From a virus, in the IMG/VR virus record IMGVR_UViG_3300046171_000197: a stretch of 64,000 bases of DNA, one strand, 5' to 3'. A program made the translations under genes and the position numbers. Of the stretch, positions 27,989-36,503 are shown one piece after another (position 1 is the first letter of the stretch; every line of letters starts with the position of its first letter). Below the pieces are notes generated by a model. The model had not been told where the DNA came from and did not search any database. It was given only the letters and a program-made list of their open reading frames with translations.

Positions 27989-28183
27989 CGTTCATCCTTA
28001 TGTACCAAATTCTTCTTAGTCTAATAGTGATTGGAGCACCACTTGATTGTGAGACTGCTTCTGAACTAATAGATTCTGCAAGTAACAATCCTAATAAATC
28101 TGAGCAATTGGAAATAGTAAGGGTTGTGGTCGCACATACTGATCCAGTATGTTTTAAGGACGCAAAAGCCGACTGAAGGAACG
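27989..28183 (+). ncRNA. Glutamine-II (Downstream-peptide)-like aptamer 2 with an ORF in its P2 loop
   Basis: 5' half CGTTCATCC (27989-97); 3' half GGACGCAAAAGCCGACTGAAGGAACG (28158-83). P2 is TCCTTA/TAAGGA. A DUF4278-like ORF follows. Confidence 0.8.
28000..28176 (+). CDS. 58-aa microprotein nested in aptamer 2, not in the ORF track
   Basis: MYQILLSLIVIGAPLDCETASELIDSASNNPNKSEQLEIVRVVVAHTDPVCFKDAKAD; the TGA is within the conserved GACTGAAG. Confidence 0.7.
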   Translation: MYQILLSLIVIGAPLDCETASELIDSASNNPNKSEQLEIVRVVVAHTDPVCFKDAKAD

Positions 28184-28218
28184 GATGTAAAAAATCCAAC
28201 TACTTTAGGAGCACAACA

Positions 28219-28344
28219 ATGGCACAAGTCACTTACAGAGGAGTACAGTACGATACTGAAACTCGTCTACAAGAACAAAAAATCCAACAGCCTCAGCAAA
28301 AACAACTTGTTTACAGGGGTATTGAGGTTAAAGGAGGAAAGTAA
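28219..28344 (+). CDS. DUF4278-like microprotein (41 aa), not in the ORF track
   Basis: AGGAG RBS; MAQVTYRGVQYDTETRLQEQKIQQPQQKQLVYRGIEVKGGK, with two YRG motifs. Confidence 0.8.
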   Translation: MAQVTYRGVQYDTETRLQEQKIQQPQQKQLVYRGIEVKGGK

Positions 28345-28430
28345 TGCTAGTAACTGCAGAAATCCTCGTAGCAAGCGTAGTTTTTCTGACGATCATCTAC
28401 GCAGAGGCTAAATTCCTTTATTCAAGGTAA
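28344..28430 (+). CDS. 28-aa single-TM peptide
   Basis: TAATG-coupled to the previous ORF; MLVTAEILVASVVFLTIIYAEAKFLYSR. Confidence 0.6.
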   Translation: MLVTAEILVASVVFLTIIYAEAKFLYSR

Positions 28431-28436
28431 AGATCC

Positions 28437-28613
28437 ATGTTGCATATGGGGTGGGAACCACCCGAAGTCCCAGATTTCGACCCAGAAATACATAACCCAG
28501 AAAAAGTTTTTGCTTTTCTGTGTTACCGTGGAATTCATTATGCAAAGTGGGTATACCTAGACATTTTCAATCACCAAGATTGGAAACTTAAAAATCCAAG
28601 AGAAGAGGGTTGA
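28437..28613 (+). CDS. 58-aa microprotein with a DUF4278-like LCYRGIHY motif
   Basis: MLHMGWEPPEVPDFDPEIHNPEKVFAFLCYRGIHYAKWVYLDIFNHQDWKLKNPREEG. Confidence 0.6.
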   Translation: MLHMGWEPPEVPDFDPEIHNPEKVFAFLCYRGIHYAKWVYLDIFNHQDWKLKNPREEG

Positions 28614-28638
28614 CCTTTTCTCTTTTTTTGTGTACAAT
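28599..28638 (+). terminator. Terminator closing the riboswitch operon, overlapping the next sigma70 promoter
   Basis: AGAGAAGAGG-GTTGA-CCTTTTCTCT plus a T tract; TTGACC (28610) with a 17-nt spacer to TACAAT (28633). Confidence 0.65.
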
Positions 28639-28656
28639 ATATAAAAGTCTTATATT

Positions 28657-28815
28657 ATGGAACGCACTAAATTGAAAGACCTTGTTCGCACTCTTGAATT
28701 AACACTTGACGCATTGAAAGCAGAAGTATATTCAGATGTAGATTCTTATAAAAACGAGTCAATCTCAGAACCACCACTTGACTATGATGAAATGTTTGAT
28801 GATGGTTCAGATTAA
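28657..28815 (+). CDS. 52-aa hypothetical protein, not in the ORF track
   Basis: MERTKLKDLVRTLELTLDALKAEVYSDVDSY...; coupled to the next ORF. Confidence 0.65.
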   Translation: MERTKLKDLVRTLELTLDALKAEVYSDVDSYKNESISEPPLDYDEMFDDGSD

Positions 28816-28976
28816 TGAGCAGACAAAAAACATTAATTAAAATGCTAAAAAAATTGATTAAACAAGATCATCTATATACAGATGAAAAACTTAGGGAAAT
28901 GAAACAAACTCTAAAACTCGCAGAGGAAGAGTTTGCAGAACTTGAAGCAAAAGAATCAAAGGGATTTGGTAAATGA
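28815..28976 (+). CDS. 53-aa hypothetical protein, not in the ORF track
   Basis: MSRQKTLIKMLKKL..KGFGK; the stop overlaps the thyX start. Confidence 0.65.
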   Translation: MSRQKTLIKMLKKLIKQDHLYTDEKLREMKQTLKLAEEEFAELEAKESKGFGK

Positions 28977-29605
28977 AAGTAGACTTAATAAGTATCACAC
29001 CTGATGCTGAAAAAACTATGGCTCATATTGCCAGAGTTTCTAATCCTGATAATCAAGATAACCCTAACTATGCAGGATTATTAAAATATTGTATCAAACA
29101 TAATCATTGGTCTGTATTTGAACAGTCATCATTGACACTTGAGATTGAAACTACAAGAGCAATTGCAGCACAGATATTAAGACATCGTTCTTTCACTTTT
29201 CAAGAATTTTCTCAAAGATATGCTGAAAGTAACGCCTTAGGTAAAATTGAATTACCCGATCTAAGAAGACAGGATAAAAAGAATCGTCAGAACTCAACAG
29301 ATGATCTTGATCCTTTTGTAAGACAGAAGTTAGAAGCACAGATGATAACTCTTTTTAGTTCTTGTCAATCATTATACAATCAAATGATTGAAGAAGGAGT
29401 TGCAAAAGAGTGTGCTAGAATGGTATTACCATTGTGTACTCCGACAAGAATTTATATGACAGGTTCTTGTCGTTCTTGGATACATTATATCAATCTAAGA
29501 TCTGCACATGGCACACAAAAAGAACATATGGATATTGCAGAGGAGTGTCGTAAAGTTTTTACTAAACAGTTCCCTACAGTATCAGAAGCCCTTGAATGGG
29601 TCTAA
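28973..29605 (+). CDS. thyX: FAD-dependent thymidylate synthase
   Basis: RHRSFTFQEFSQRY ThyX motif; ARMVLP. Confidence 0.95.
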   Translation: MKVDLISITPDAEKTMAHIARVSNPDNQDNPNYAGLLKYCIKHNHWSVFEQSSLTLEIETTRAIAAQILRHRSFTFQEFSQRYAESNALGKIELPDLRRQDKKNRQNSTDDLDPFVRQKLEAQMITLFSSCQSLYNQMIEEGVAKECARMVLPLCTPTRIYMTGSCRSWIHYINLRSAHGTQKEHMDIAEECRKVFTKQFPTVSEALEWV

Positions 29606-29629
29606 ATAACTATACATTAATCGATTATT

Positions 29630-29881
29630 ATGGCTACATATCCTGTTGTGAATACAAAAACTGGTGAACAAAAAGAAGTTGTGATGAGTGTCATGGATTG
29701 GGATCAATGGACGGAAGACAATCCTGATTGGTCAAGAGATTACTCTGATCCATCTACGATGCCAGGTGTTGGAGAAGTTGGAGAATGGAAACAAAAATTA
29801 GTGAAAAGAAAACCAGGTTGGAATGAAGTTTTAGAAAGAGTACAGAAATATCCAGGTGCTCAAAAACAAAAAATTGATTAA
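29630..29881 (+). CDS. Conserved cyanophage hypothetical protein
   Basis: MATYPV.NTKTGE..GWNEVL; located between thyX and phoH. Confidence 0.75.
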   Translation: MATYPVVNTKTGEQKEVVMSVMDWDQWTEDNPDWSRDYSDPSTMPGVGEVGEWKQKLVKRKPGWNEVLERVQKYPGAQKQKID

Positions 29882-30636
29882 TGGGAAGAAAACGAAGTAA
29901 CGGAGATCAACCTATTGGAGTTGGGTTGACAGCAAAGCAAATGCGTAGAAAAAAACCAGTAAATTCTGAATATTTGGTCAATATTGAACCAATTACAGAA
30001 AATCAAAAAATCTTATTTAATTCTTACAATGAAGGTAAGAATATAATTTCCTATGGTGCAGCAGGTACAGGAAAAACTTTTGTTACCTTATATAATGCTT
30101 TGAAGAATGTTCTTGATGAGAGTACACCCTATGAAAAAATCTATATTGTTCGTTCATTAGTCGCAACTCGTGAGATTGGATTCTTGCCAGGTGATCATGA
30201 AGATAAATCTGACATATATCAGGTTCCATATAAAAATATGGTAAAATATATGTTTCAGATGTCATCTGATGCAGACTTTGAGATGCTTTATGGTAATCTG
30301 AAAGCACAGGACACAATTAAGTTTTGGAGTACCTCATTTTTAAGAGGAACAACACTTGATCGGTCAATTATTATCGTTGATGAATTTCAAAACTTGAATT
30401 TTCATGAATTAGATAGTATAATAACAAGAGTAGGAGAAGACAGTAAAATTTTCTTTTGTGGTGATGCATCTCAAACTGATTTGCAAAAAACTAATGAAAA
30501 AAATGGTATCGTTGACTTTATGAAGATAATTCGTTCCATGCCATCATTTGATGTAATTGAATTTGGTATTGATGATATAGTTCGTTCAGGAATTGTTAAG
30601 GAGTATCTTATTGCAAAATTAGAAATGGGTATGTAA
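29881..30636 (+). CDS. phoH: PhoH-like ATPase
   Basis: GAAGTGKT, RGTTLD..IIVDEFQN, GDASQTDL. Confidence 0.95.
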   Translation: MGRKRSNGDQPIGVGLTAKQMRRKKPVNSEYLVNIEPITENQKILFNSYNEGKNIISYGAAGTGKTFVTLYNALKNVLDESTPYEKIYIVRSLVATREIGFLPGDHEDKSDIYQVPYKNMVKYMFQMSSDADFEMLYGNLKAQDTIKFWSTSFLRGTTLDRSIIIVDEFQNLNFHELDSIITRVGEDSKIFFCGDASQTDLQKTNEKNGIVDFMKIIRSMPSFDVIEFGIDDIVRSGIVKEYLIAKLEMGM

Positions 30637-31316
30637 TGTTTGATCATGTTGATTTAGATCTACCTTCACTTAAACGTGAAACGGTAGACGGAGTTCGTTA
30701 TTATTCAGTTCCCGATGAAGATGAACTAATTAAATTAGTTTCAATCACATCAATTACGAGTCATTACAATAAACAGATTTTTCTTGATTGGAGAAAAAGA
30801 GTTGGTAATGCAAAAGCAGACAAAATTACAAAGGCTGCTACGACTCGTGGAACGGATATGCATACTCTTACGGAGTATTATCTAAAGAACGAGGAACTGC
30901 CTAAAGTCCCTCCTATATCTGACTTTTTGTTTAAAATATCGAAGGGTAAATTAAATAAAATTAGTAAAATACGTACTTTGGAAGGTGCGCTATATAGTAG
31001 GCAATTAGGAATTGCAGGAACTGTTGATTGTATTGCAGAATACAACGATGAGTTAGCAATAATCGATTTTAAAACATCTAAAAAACCTAAACCACGAGAG
31101 TGGATTGAACACTATTTTGTTCAAGCAATGGCATACGGTTGTATGTTGTATGAGATGAAGGGTATATCAGTTAAAAAATTAGTCATTATTATGGCATGTG
31201 AAAACGGAGAATGCGTTGTTTATGAAGAATACGACAAATCAAAATACATCAAACTCCTTGGACAATACATTAGAAAGTTTGTTGGGGATAAATTGGAACT
31301 CTATGGAACCGAATAA
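30636..31316 (+). CDS. PD-(D/E)xK exonuclease (cyanophage exonuclease A type)
   Basis: RGT.MH..IAGTVDCIAE..IIDFKTS..Q..AY. Confidence 0.85.
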   Translation: MFDHVDLDLPSLKRETVDGVRYYSVPDEDELIKLVSITSITSHYNKQIFLDWRKRVGNAKADKITKAATTRGTDMHTLTEYYLKNEELPKVPPISDFLFKISKGKLNKISKIRTLEGALYSRQLGIAGTVDCIAEYNDELAIIDFKTSKKPKPREWIEHYFVQAMAYGCMLYEMKGISVKKLVIIMACENGECVVYEEYDKSKYIKLLGQYIRKFVGDKLELYGTE

Positions 31317-31563
31317 AGAACTAGAAAAAGCTATTGCGAATAAGTTTGTAACTCCACAGAAGTTTGCACTCGATATCGAAAAGATTGTGGTTGATGAACA
31401 ACTCAATTATATTGATGCAATTATACACTATTGCGAAATTAACAATATTGAGGTAGAATCAGTAACGAAACTCATATCAAAACCTTTGAAAGAAAGATTA
31501 AAGTGGGATGCAATTCGTCTTAACTTTATGAAAAAGACTTCAAGGGCAAAATTACCTTTATAA
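31303..31563 (+). CDS. gp33: Late promoter transcription co-activator
   Basis: FA..IE..YIDAI..CE.N.IE.E..KLIS..LKE..A..LN; ATG at 31303 preferred. Confidence 0.85.
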   Translation: MEPNKELEKAIANKFVTPQKFALDIEKIVVDEQLNYIDAIIHYCEINNIEVESVTKLISKPLKERLKWDAIRLNFMKKTSRAKLPL

Positions 31564-31766
31564 TGAAGAAATCAGAGTTAATTCACTGGAGACTACAAGC
31601 AATACTAAGGGAGCATAATATGCCAGATTTACAATATCTTGGTGTAAGACCTGATAGTATTGGTATCAATCAACATTGGTACATGATAGGTAATAATGAG
31701 GTTCCTTGTGACTCAATTACAGAATTAGATAGTGAAGATGTTGAAGAGGAAAGTGACACCGTTTGA
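31563..31766 (+). CDS. Hypothetical protein (67 aa)
   Basis: ORF track; coupled between gp33 and gp59. Confidence 0.6.
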   Translation: MKKSELIHWRLQAILREHNMPDLQYLGVRPDSIGINQHWYMIGNNEVPCDSITELDSEDVEEESDTV

Positions 31767-32349
31767 AACTTATCAAACATATCTTTCTATGAAAAGTCAT
31801 TTTACCAATGGTAAGTATGACTTCTTTAAATATGGTGGCAAATCCCGTGCCACAGTAACTGCTTTCAATCGAAGAAAAGACAAATACTGGTTTGAGAAAA
31901 CTTCCCGTAAGTATTCTGATGGTCAGATCGTTGATTTTCTTCTTGCCAACTTTGTAACATCAACAAACCCAGAAAACTTATGGATTGGAGAAATTATAAA
32001 TTCTGGAGAAAGAAATTACTCAGAGTGGATGAGAACACAACAGAGTTTAACTTACTTGTTCAGAGAACAATCAGAGAGATTGCTATCCGAGAACGACTTA
32101 AACGAAGTGTTCAACTGCTCCAAGGGACACCCAAAAATACTCAAGAAACACTTGGGTGGAGAACTAAACTTAGAAATCTTGGTAATCTACGAAAAGATCT
32201 TTTCTTTCGTAAAAAACCTTGACAAACAACTTGACGACCCAGTGTGGGAATCCGTAAAGATGAAGATTAATAAGTATAGTCCTTTCATAAATATTAATGT
32301 GTTTCAATATAAAAAATTATTAAAGGAGATTATTCGTAATGGCTCTTGA
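31732..32349 (+). CDS. gp59: Loader of the DNA helicase
   Basis: Y..YLSMK.HF..KYDFFKY.GK..F..RKDKYWFEK; the exact start is uncertain. Confidence 0.85.
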   Translation: MKMLKRKVTPFETYQTYLSMKSHFTNGKYDFFKYGGKSRATVTAFNRRKDKYWFEKTSRKYSDGQIVDFLLANFVTSTNPENLWIGEIINSGERNYSEWMRTQQSLTYLFREQSERLLSENDLNEVFNCSKGHPKILKKHLGGELNLEILVIYEKIFSFVKNLDKQLDDPVWESVKMKINKYSPFININVFQYKKLLKEIIRNGS

Positions 32350-32524
32350 CAATGCAACAGTGCTTGAAAATCTTAAATCTCAACTCAAAGAAGTATCGGG
32401 TCAATTAAACAATTTAAATGAAACCCGTGTTAAACTTCTAGGAGCAATTGATGTCCTCGAACAAATCGAGGAAAGTAAAGTTGAACCAGTACAACCAGAA
32501 GTTGTGGAGACTAAGAAAAAATGA
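32339..32524 (+). CDS. Small coiled-coil hypothetical protein
   Basis: ORF track. Confidence 0.65.
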   Translation: MALDNATVLENLKSQLKEVSGQLNNLNETRVKLLGAIDVLEQIEESKVEPVQPEVVETKKK

Positions 32525-32847
32525 GATTTTTTGAATCGGAAATAGTCCGTGAAGAATTATCTGAAATTAATAGATTACAAACTAGCATCTATGGAAAGAT
32601 GTTTGGTTTTGGTTTTCTAAGTCCTACTGATCAAATGGAACATGTAGAAAAATTAGAATCTCTTTTAGAGAAACAAAAATGTATGTGGACTCGGTTATCT
32701 TTATCAGATGACCCAGAAGCAAAAGATATGAAAAATCAATTGCGTAAGTCCCTAGAAGGTATGGGTTTCCCAGAAGGAACTGATATGCCATCTATTTTTA
32801 ATGCAATGGATGAAACCATTGGCAAACTCAAGAAGAGTGTTGACTAA
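32521..32847 (+). CDS. Conserved cyanophage hypothetical protein
   Basis: FFESEIVREEL..LLEKQK..RLSLSDDPEA pattern; located upstream of gp32. Confidence 0.7.
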   Translation: MRFFESEIVREELSEINRLQTSIYGKMFGFGFLSPTDQMEHVEKLESLLEKQKCMWTRLSLSDDPEAKDMKNQLRKSLEGMGFPEGTDMPSIFNAMDETIGKLKKSVD

Positions 32848-32868
32848 TTAATCTTTCTTTGTTATAAT
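32840..32868 (+). promoter_or_regulatory. sigma70 promoter of gp32
   Basis: TTGACT, 17-nt spacer, TG-t-TATAAT. Confidence 0.7.
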
Positions 32869-32906
32869 AAAAACAATCCCCCAATCAAATTATCCGAGGT
32901 AATCTT

Positions 32907-33803
32907 ATGTCTTTTAAAGACTTAAAAAAACAATCTAAGCTTGGCTCTTTGACTGCAAAGTTAGTTAAAGAAGTTGAGAAAATGAATAATAACGGTGCGT
33001 CTGGTGACGAACGCACATGGAAGTTAGATGTAGATAAAAGTGGCAATGGATACGCTGTTATCCGTTTCCTACCTGCACCCGAAAATGAGGATCTACCCTT
33101 TGTAAAACTATACTCCCATGCCTTTCAAGGTCCTGGTGGTTGGTATATTGAAAACTCTCTGACATCACTTGGTCAGAAAGATCCTGTCTCTGAGTACAAC
33201 ACTCAACTCTGGAACAACGGAACCGATGCAGGAAAAGAAACAGCACGGAAACAAAAACGTAAACTTACTTACATGAGTAACATTTACGTTGTGAAAGATC
33301 CAACGAATCCTGAGAACGAAGGTAAGGTATTCTTATTCAAATATGGTAAAAAAATATTTGATAAACTTACTGCTGCAATGCAACCTGAGTTTGAAGATGA
33401 GGAAGCAATTGATCCGTTTGATTTCTGGCAAGGTGCTAACTTCAAGTTAAAGGCAAAAAACGTAGCAGGATACAGAAACTATGATAGTTCTGAGTTTGCT
33501 GCTGTAACTCCATTACTTGATGATGACGATGCACTTGAAGGTCTATGGAAGAAACAATACTCTCTTGCAGAGATTGTAGCTGCCGATCAGTTCAAGTCAT
33601 ATGAAGATCTCAAGAAGAGATTAGAATATGTTCTTGGAAGTAAGAGACCTGCTCAAGACCCAGATGTCTATGAGGAAGATAATGATCGTGGTTCTGCAGA
33701 AGAGTTAGTAACTGCTGCTGTATCCGCACCTCCAACTACCTCAACGGTAGATAAAGATGAGGATGATGCATTATCATACTTTGCGAAACTCGCAGAAGAA
33801 TAA
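32907..33803 (+). CDS. gp32: Single-stranded DNA-binding protein
   Basis: GNGYAVIRFLP, GGWYIENSL, FDFWQGANFKLK; acidic tail DDALSYFAKLAEE. Confidence 0.95.
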   Translation: MSFKDLKKQSKLGSLTAKLVKEVEKMNNNGASGDERTWKLDVDKSGNGYAVIRFLPAPENEDLPFVKLYSHAFQGPGGWYIENSLTSLGQKDPVSEYNTQLWNNGTDAGKETARKQKRKLTYMSNIYVVKDPTNPENEGKVFLFKYGKKIFDKLTAAMQPEFEDEEAIDPFDFWQGANFKLKAKNVAGYRNYDSSEFAAVTPLLDDDDALEGLWKKQYSLAEIVAADQFKSYEDLKKRLEYVLGSKRPAQDPDVYEEDNDRGSAEELVTAAVSAPPTTSTVDKDEDDALSYFAKLAEE

Positions 33804-33810
33804 TTCTACA

Positions 33811-33835
33811 GGAGGTCAAACGACCTCCTTTTTTA
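33811..33835. terminator. Terminator between convergent gp32 and gp53
   Basis: GGAGGTC-AAAC-GACCTCC-T6. Confidence 0.85.
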
Positions 33836-34478
33836 TGGCAATGTTATATTAGTATTTTCTGTTCTTGTATTTTCGTCTATGTAATTCTGATGACTCAGCA
33901 TAAGTCATAATATCTCTATATCATCTAAAAATTTGTGTTATATATTCCTCTCTAACAATGATATATTTCCTTTTTTCCTCATTCAAACGAGTTTCATACA
34001 CGTAATTACTAATCCCAACTACAGGATTTAAAGTTGCAGATGCTACACCTGGTTGTGGTATTGTAAAAATTACTATCAACTACTTTTACCTTTTGTAGTA
34101 TTAATCTACCACTTGAATCTTTTACCTCTGTTGTTTCAAAAAACGATTAGAATTTAATGATTCACCATACTTATTGTTTGCATAATTATATAAATCACGA
34201 TTGCTTAACGGCCATTCATTTTCTTACATTTATTATACCTGCAACTGTTAAAACAATCCAATCTAAATTTGAACTTCCATAAAGTTCCTCTGCTACTGTA
34301 TCTGGTCTAGCACCTTCTGTATTTCATACTTATTAAACACAGTAAAATTATTAAATAAATCATCTCTTAATTTAATTCTACGAAAAATATTTTTACTTCA
34401 ATAAAATCAAGAGAAGATGTCCTTTTCTGGTAGAAAAGATGGATATAGTAAATTTGGTAATTGTCTAAAATATCCCAT
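33833..34478 (-). CDS. gp53: Baseplate wedge protein, broken by several indels
   Basis: Starts MGYFRQLPNLLYPS, overlapping the gp48 stop. Fragments read KNIFRRIKLRDDL..RPDTVAEELYGSSNLDWIVL..WPL. Confidence 0.75.
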
Positions 34479-35670
34479 TAGTATCCTACTGCCTCTGAAC
34501 CTGGTCTTGCATCATAATCAATATCGTAAATTGGTTGAATTTCTTTGAATGATAAATCTAATACTGTTGATACTGGTGTACCATCATCATAAGTTGAATA
34601 AATTCCCTCTCCTGTATAAGTCGTATTTACTGAAGTTAAAAAACATTGCTTAAATCTATTAAGGAATGGATGATTTTTACGACCTGATCTATACCTTAAA
34701 CTAAAAACGTTTGGTGTTTTAAGAAAGAAATTTCCACTATCAAGTGTCCCACCCTGTGCTTGTGGTGCCATATTTCTTTTAAAAGCACGAATGATTAATT
34801 TAACTTGTTGTGATTCTTTTTCATTACGAGGTGTAAACTTAAAGTTAAATCTAAAATTACGAAGACTAGGACCACCGAATAGTAATTCCATGTTTGGGTT
34901 AAGTATTTCACCACTACCTCTTGCAAGTAGTTGATTTGCACTAACTTGAGGTCCGAATAATGATATTGCTTCGGCAGCTAGTCGTTGATTAAAAAATTCT
35001 AATGCTACACCAGTATTACCAACTCCTCCCACTACATCTTGTGCTTTTTGTAGTGCAGCAGCTTGAAAATCACTAAAAAATTGACCTCTTTTTTGACTAT
35101 CAAGCATTTCACCCATTCTTGGAGCAAACACATTCATCACCTCAGTGACAGCTGATGCTCCAACTGCTGTAATCCATTTAGACTTGACGCATCATATTTT
35201 ACATTATTAGTATCTTGTAAATTCGATGGTATGGGTAATAATATTGTTCCATCATTAATTAATGGTTTTGTAGATAAACCTTGAGTTCCTCTTCTACCAG
35301 CACGATTTGTAAAAGTATTTCCAGTTACATATCGATTATCATCACCAGGTGCGTTTATATAGTCTGAACCAATTGCTACATATCTTTCAATGTCAATTTG
35401 CAAGTAATCAGTATGTTCTGTCATTGCTTCAAGAGGATATCTTAAAACTCCACCTCTTATTTTATCATTATATTTTCTTCTATTAAGTCTATTTAAAGCT
35501 ATCAGTGCTTCAAAAGCATTACGACGTTGCTCATTCGTCTTTTCATTTGGTTTTGTTTCTACAGTTTCTGGTCTTTCATTAGATTTTACTCTATCGGCGT
35601 TATTATTTTTAAATTCTTCTTGGAGTTTACGATTCTCTTCTGGATCTTCTCTAAAATCTGCAAATGTCAT
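34478..35670 (-). CDS. gp48: Baseplate tail-tube cap, reconstructed across an indel at ~35170
   Basis: LRYP..ILLPIP.N.QD.N.V.Y, then NPNMELLFGGPSLRNF.F.FKFTPRNEKES..FKQCFL..Y..DGTP..L.F.E. Confidence 0.8.
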
Positions 35671-35683
35671 TATCGACCTATTT

Positions 35684-36039
35684 TTAGTTATTTATACGAA
35701 ATTTCGCAAACGGTAATGTATTTAGATCTCTAAGTTCGTCATTTGTTGCACGATAGAGTCCACCTACTACATCTGAAAAGGTATATTGACGAGATTGACC
35801 CCAATGAAAGTTGATTCCTTTGAACCCCCAAGAGTAAACACTTGTTACTGCGACAAGTGGATGCTCATCATATCTTATGTTAGGTGTTTTAGGTCGATAT
35901 ACAAATACATAAATGTTCCCAGTTTCAGGAGCAGATCCTTCTGTCAATACTCCTAAGACTTCTTGCATAATATCATCAGCAGATTCTCGGCACTTTCACT
36001 ACCAATTAGATTACCTACTAGTGATGCAATACGACTCAT
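35684..36039 (-). CDS. gp2: DNA end protector, with an indel at ~35985
   Basis: MSRIASLVGNLIG..DDIMQEV..YVFVYRPKTPNIRYDEHPLVAV..GFKGINFHW. Confidence 0.7.
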
Positions 36040-36473
36040 TTGATTCCTAGTTCTATTTCAGTCATCACTTTAAATTCCCATAAACGATCTTCACAATACT
36101 CTGTTGCTGCTCTCCACTTTGCTTGATTCTTAGCGTATTCATATACTTCTCTTAAATAACTTTTTGTCTGTCTCTTCGGTTTTTTTGGTTTTGTTGTCTG
36201 TTTGAGTGGTTTAACTTCAATTAAGTATCTTTTTATCTTACCTGTATTCTCTTGAACCTTGATATAGAAGTCTGGAAAGTATCTATGAACCTTATTATCA
36301 ACAGGAGAACGATATGGTAATGCGATTTCTTCACTTCCCCACTCAAGTATTCTCTCATTTCGATCACAATAAACCATGAATTTTCTCTCCCAAAGAGACC
36401 TATAAATGATGTTTGTAGGATCACCTTTGTACTTTTTAGGGTATGATGGATAATATTTTCCTTTATATGACAT
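36036..36473 (-). CDS. gp4: Head completion nuclease
   Basis: MSYKGKY.P..P.KYKGDP..IIYRSLWE..WGSEE..HRYFPDF..IEVKP..NQAKW.AA. Confidence 0.9.
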   Translation of the reverse strand: MSYKGKYYPSYPKKYKGDPTNIIYRSLWERKFMVYCDRNERILEWGSEEIALPYRSPVDNKVHRYFPDFYIKVQENTGKIKRYLIEVKPLKQTTKPKKPKRQTKSYLREVYEYAKNQAKWRAATEYCEDRLWEFKVMTEIELGIK

Positions 36474-36503
36474 AAATAGAAATAACAATCATACTTATTT
36501 AGA

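Noticed and set aside
28124-28411. 95-aa ORF spanning aptamer 2 and the DUF4278 gene
   Set aside because: It is an alternative-frame overlap. The frames at 28000, 28219 and 28344 have better starts, an RBS and recognisable motifs.
29881-30636. Phosphate-stress regulon (pho box, pstS)
   Set aside because: phoH is a core gene of these phages; I saw no pstS or convincing pho box in the window.
30636-31316. Cas4-like nuclease indicating a CRISPR system
   Set aside because: This is the core PD-(D/E)xK exonuclease in its usual phoH-gp33 context; there are no cas genes or arrays.
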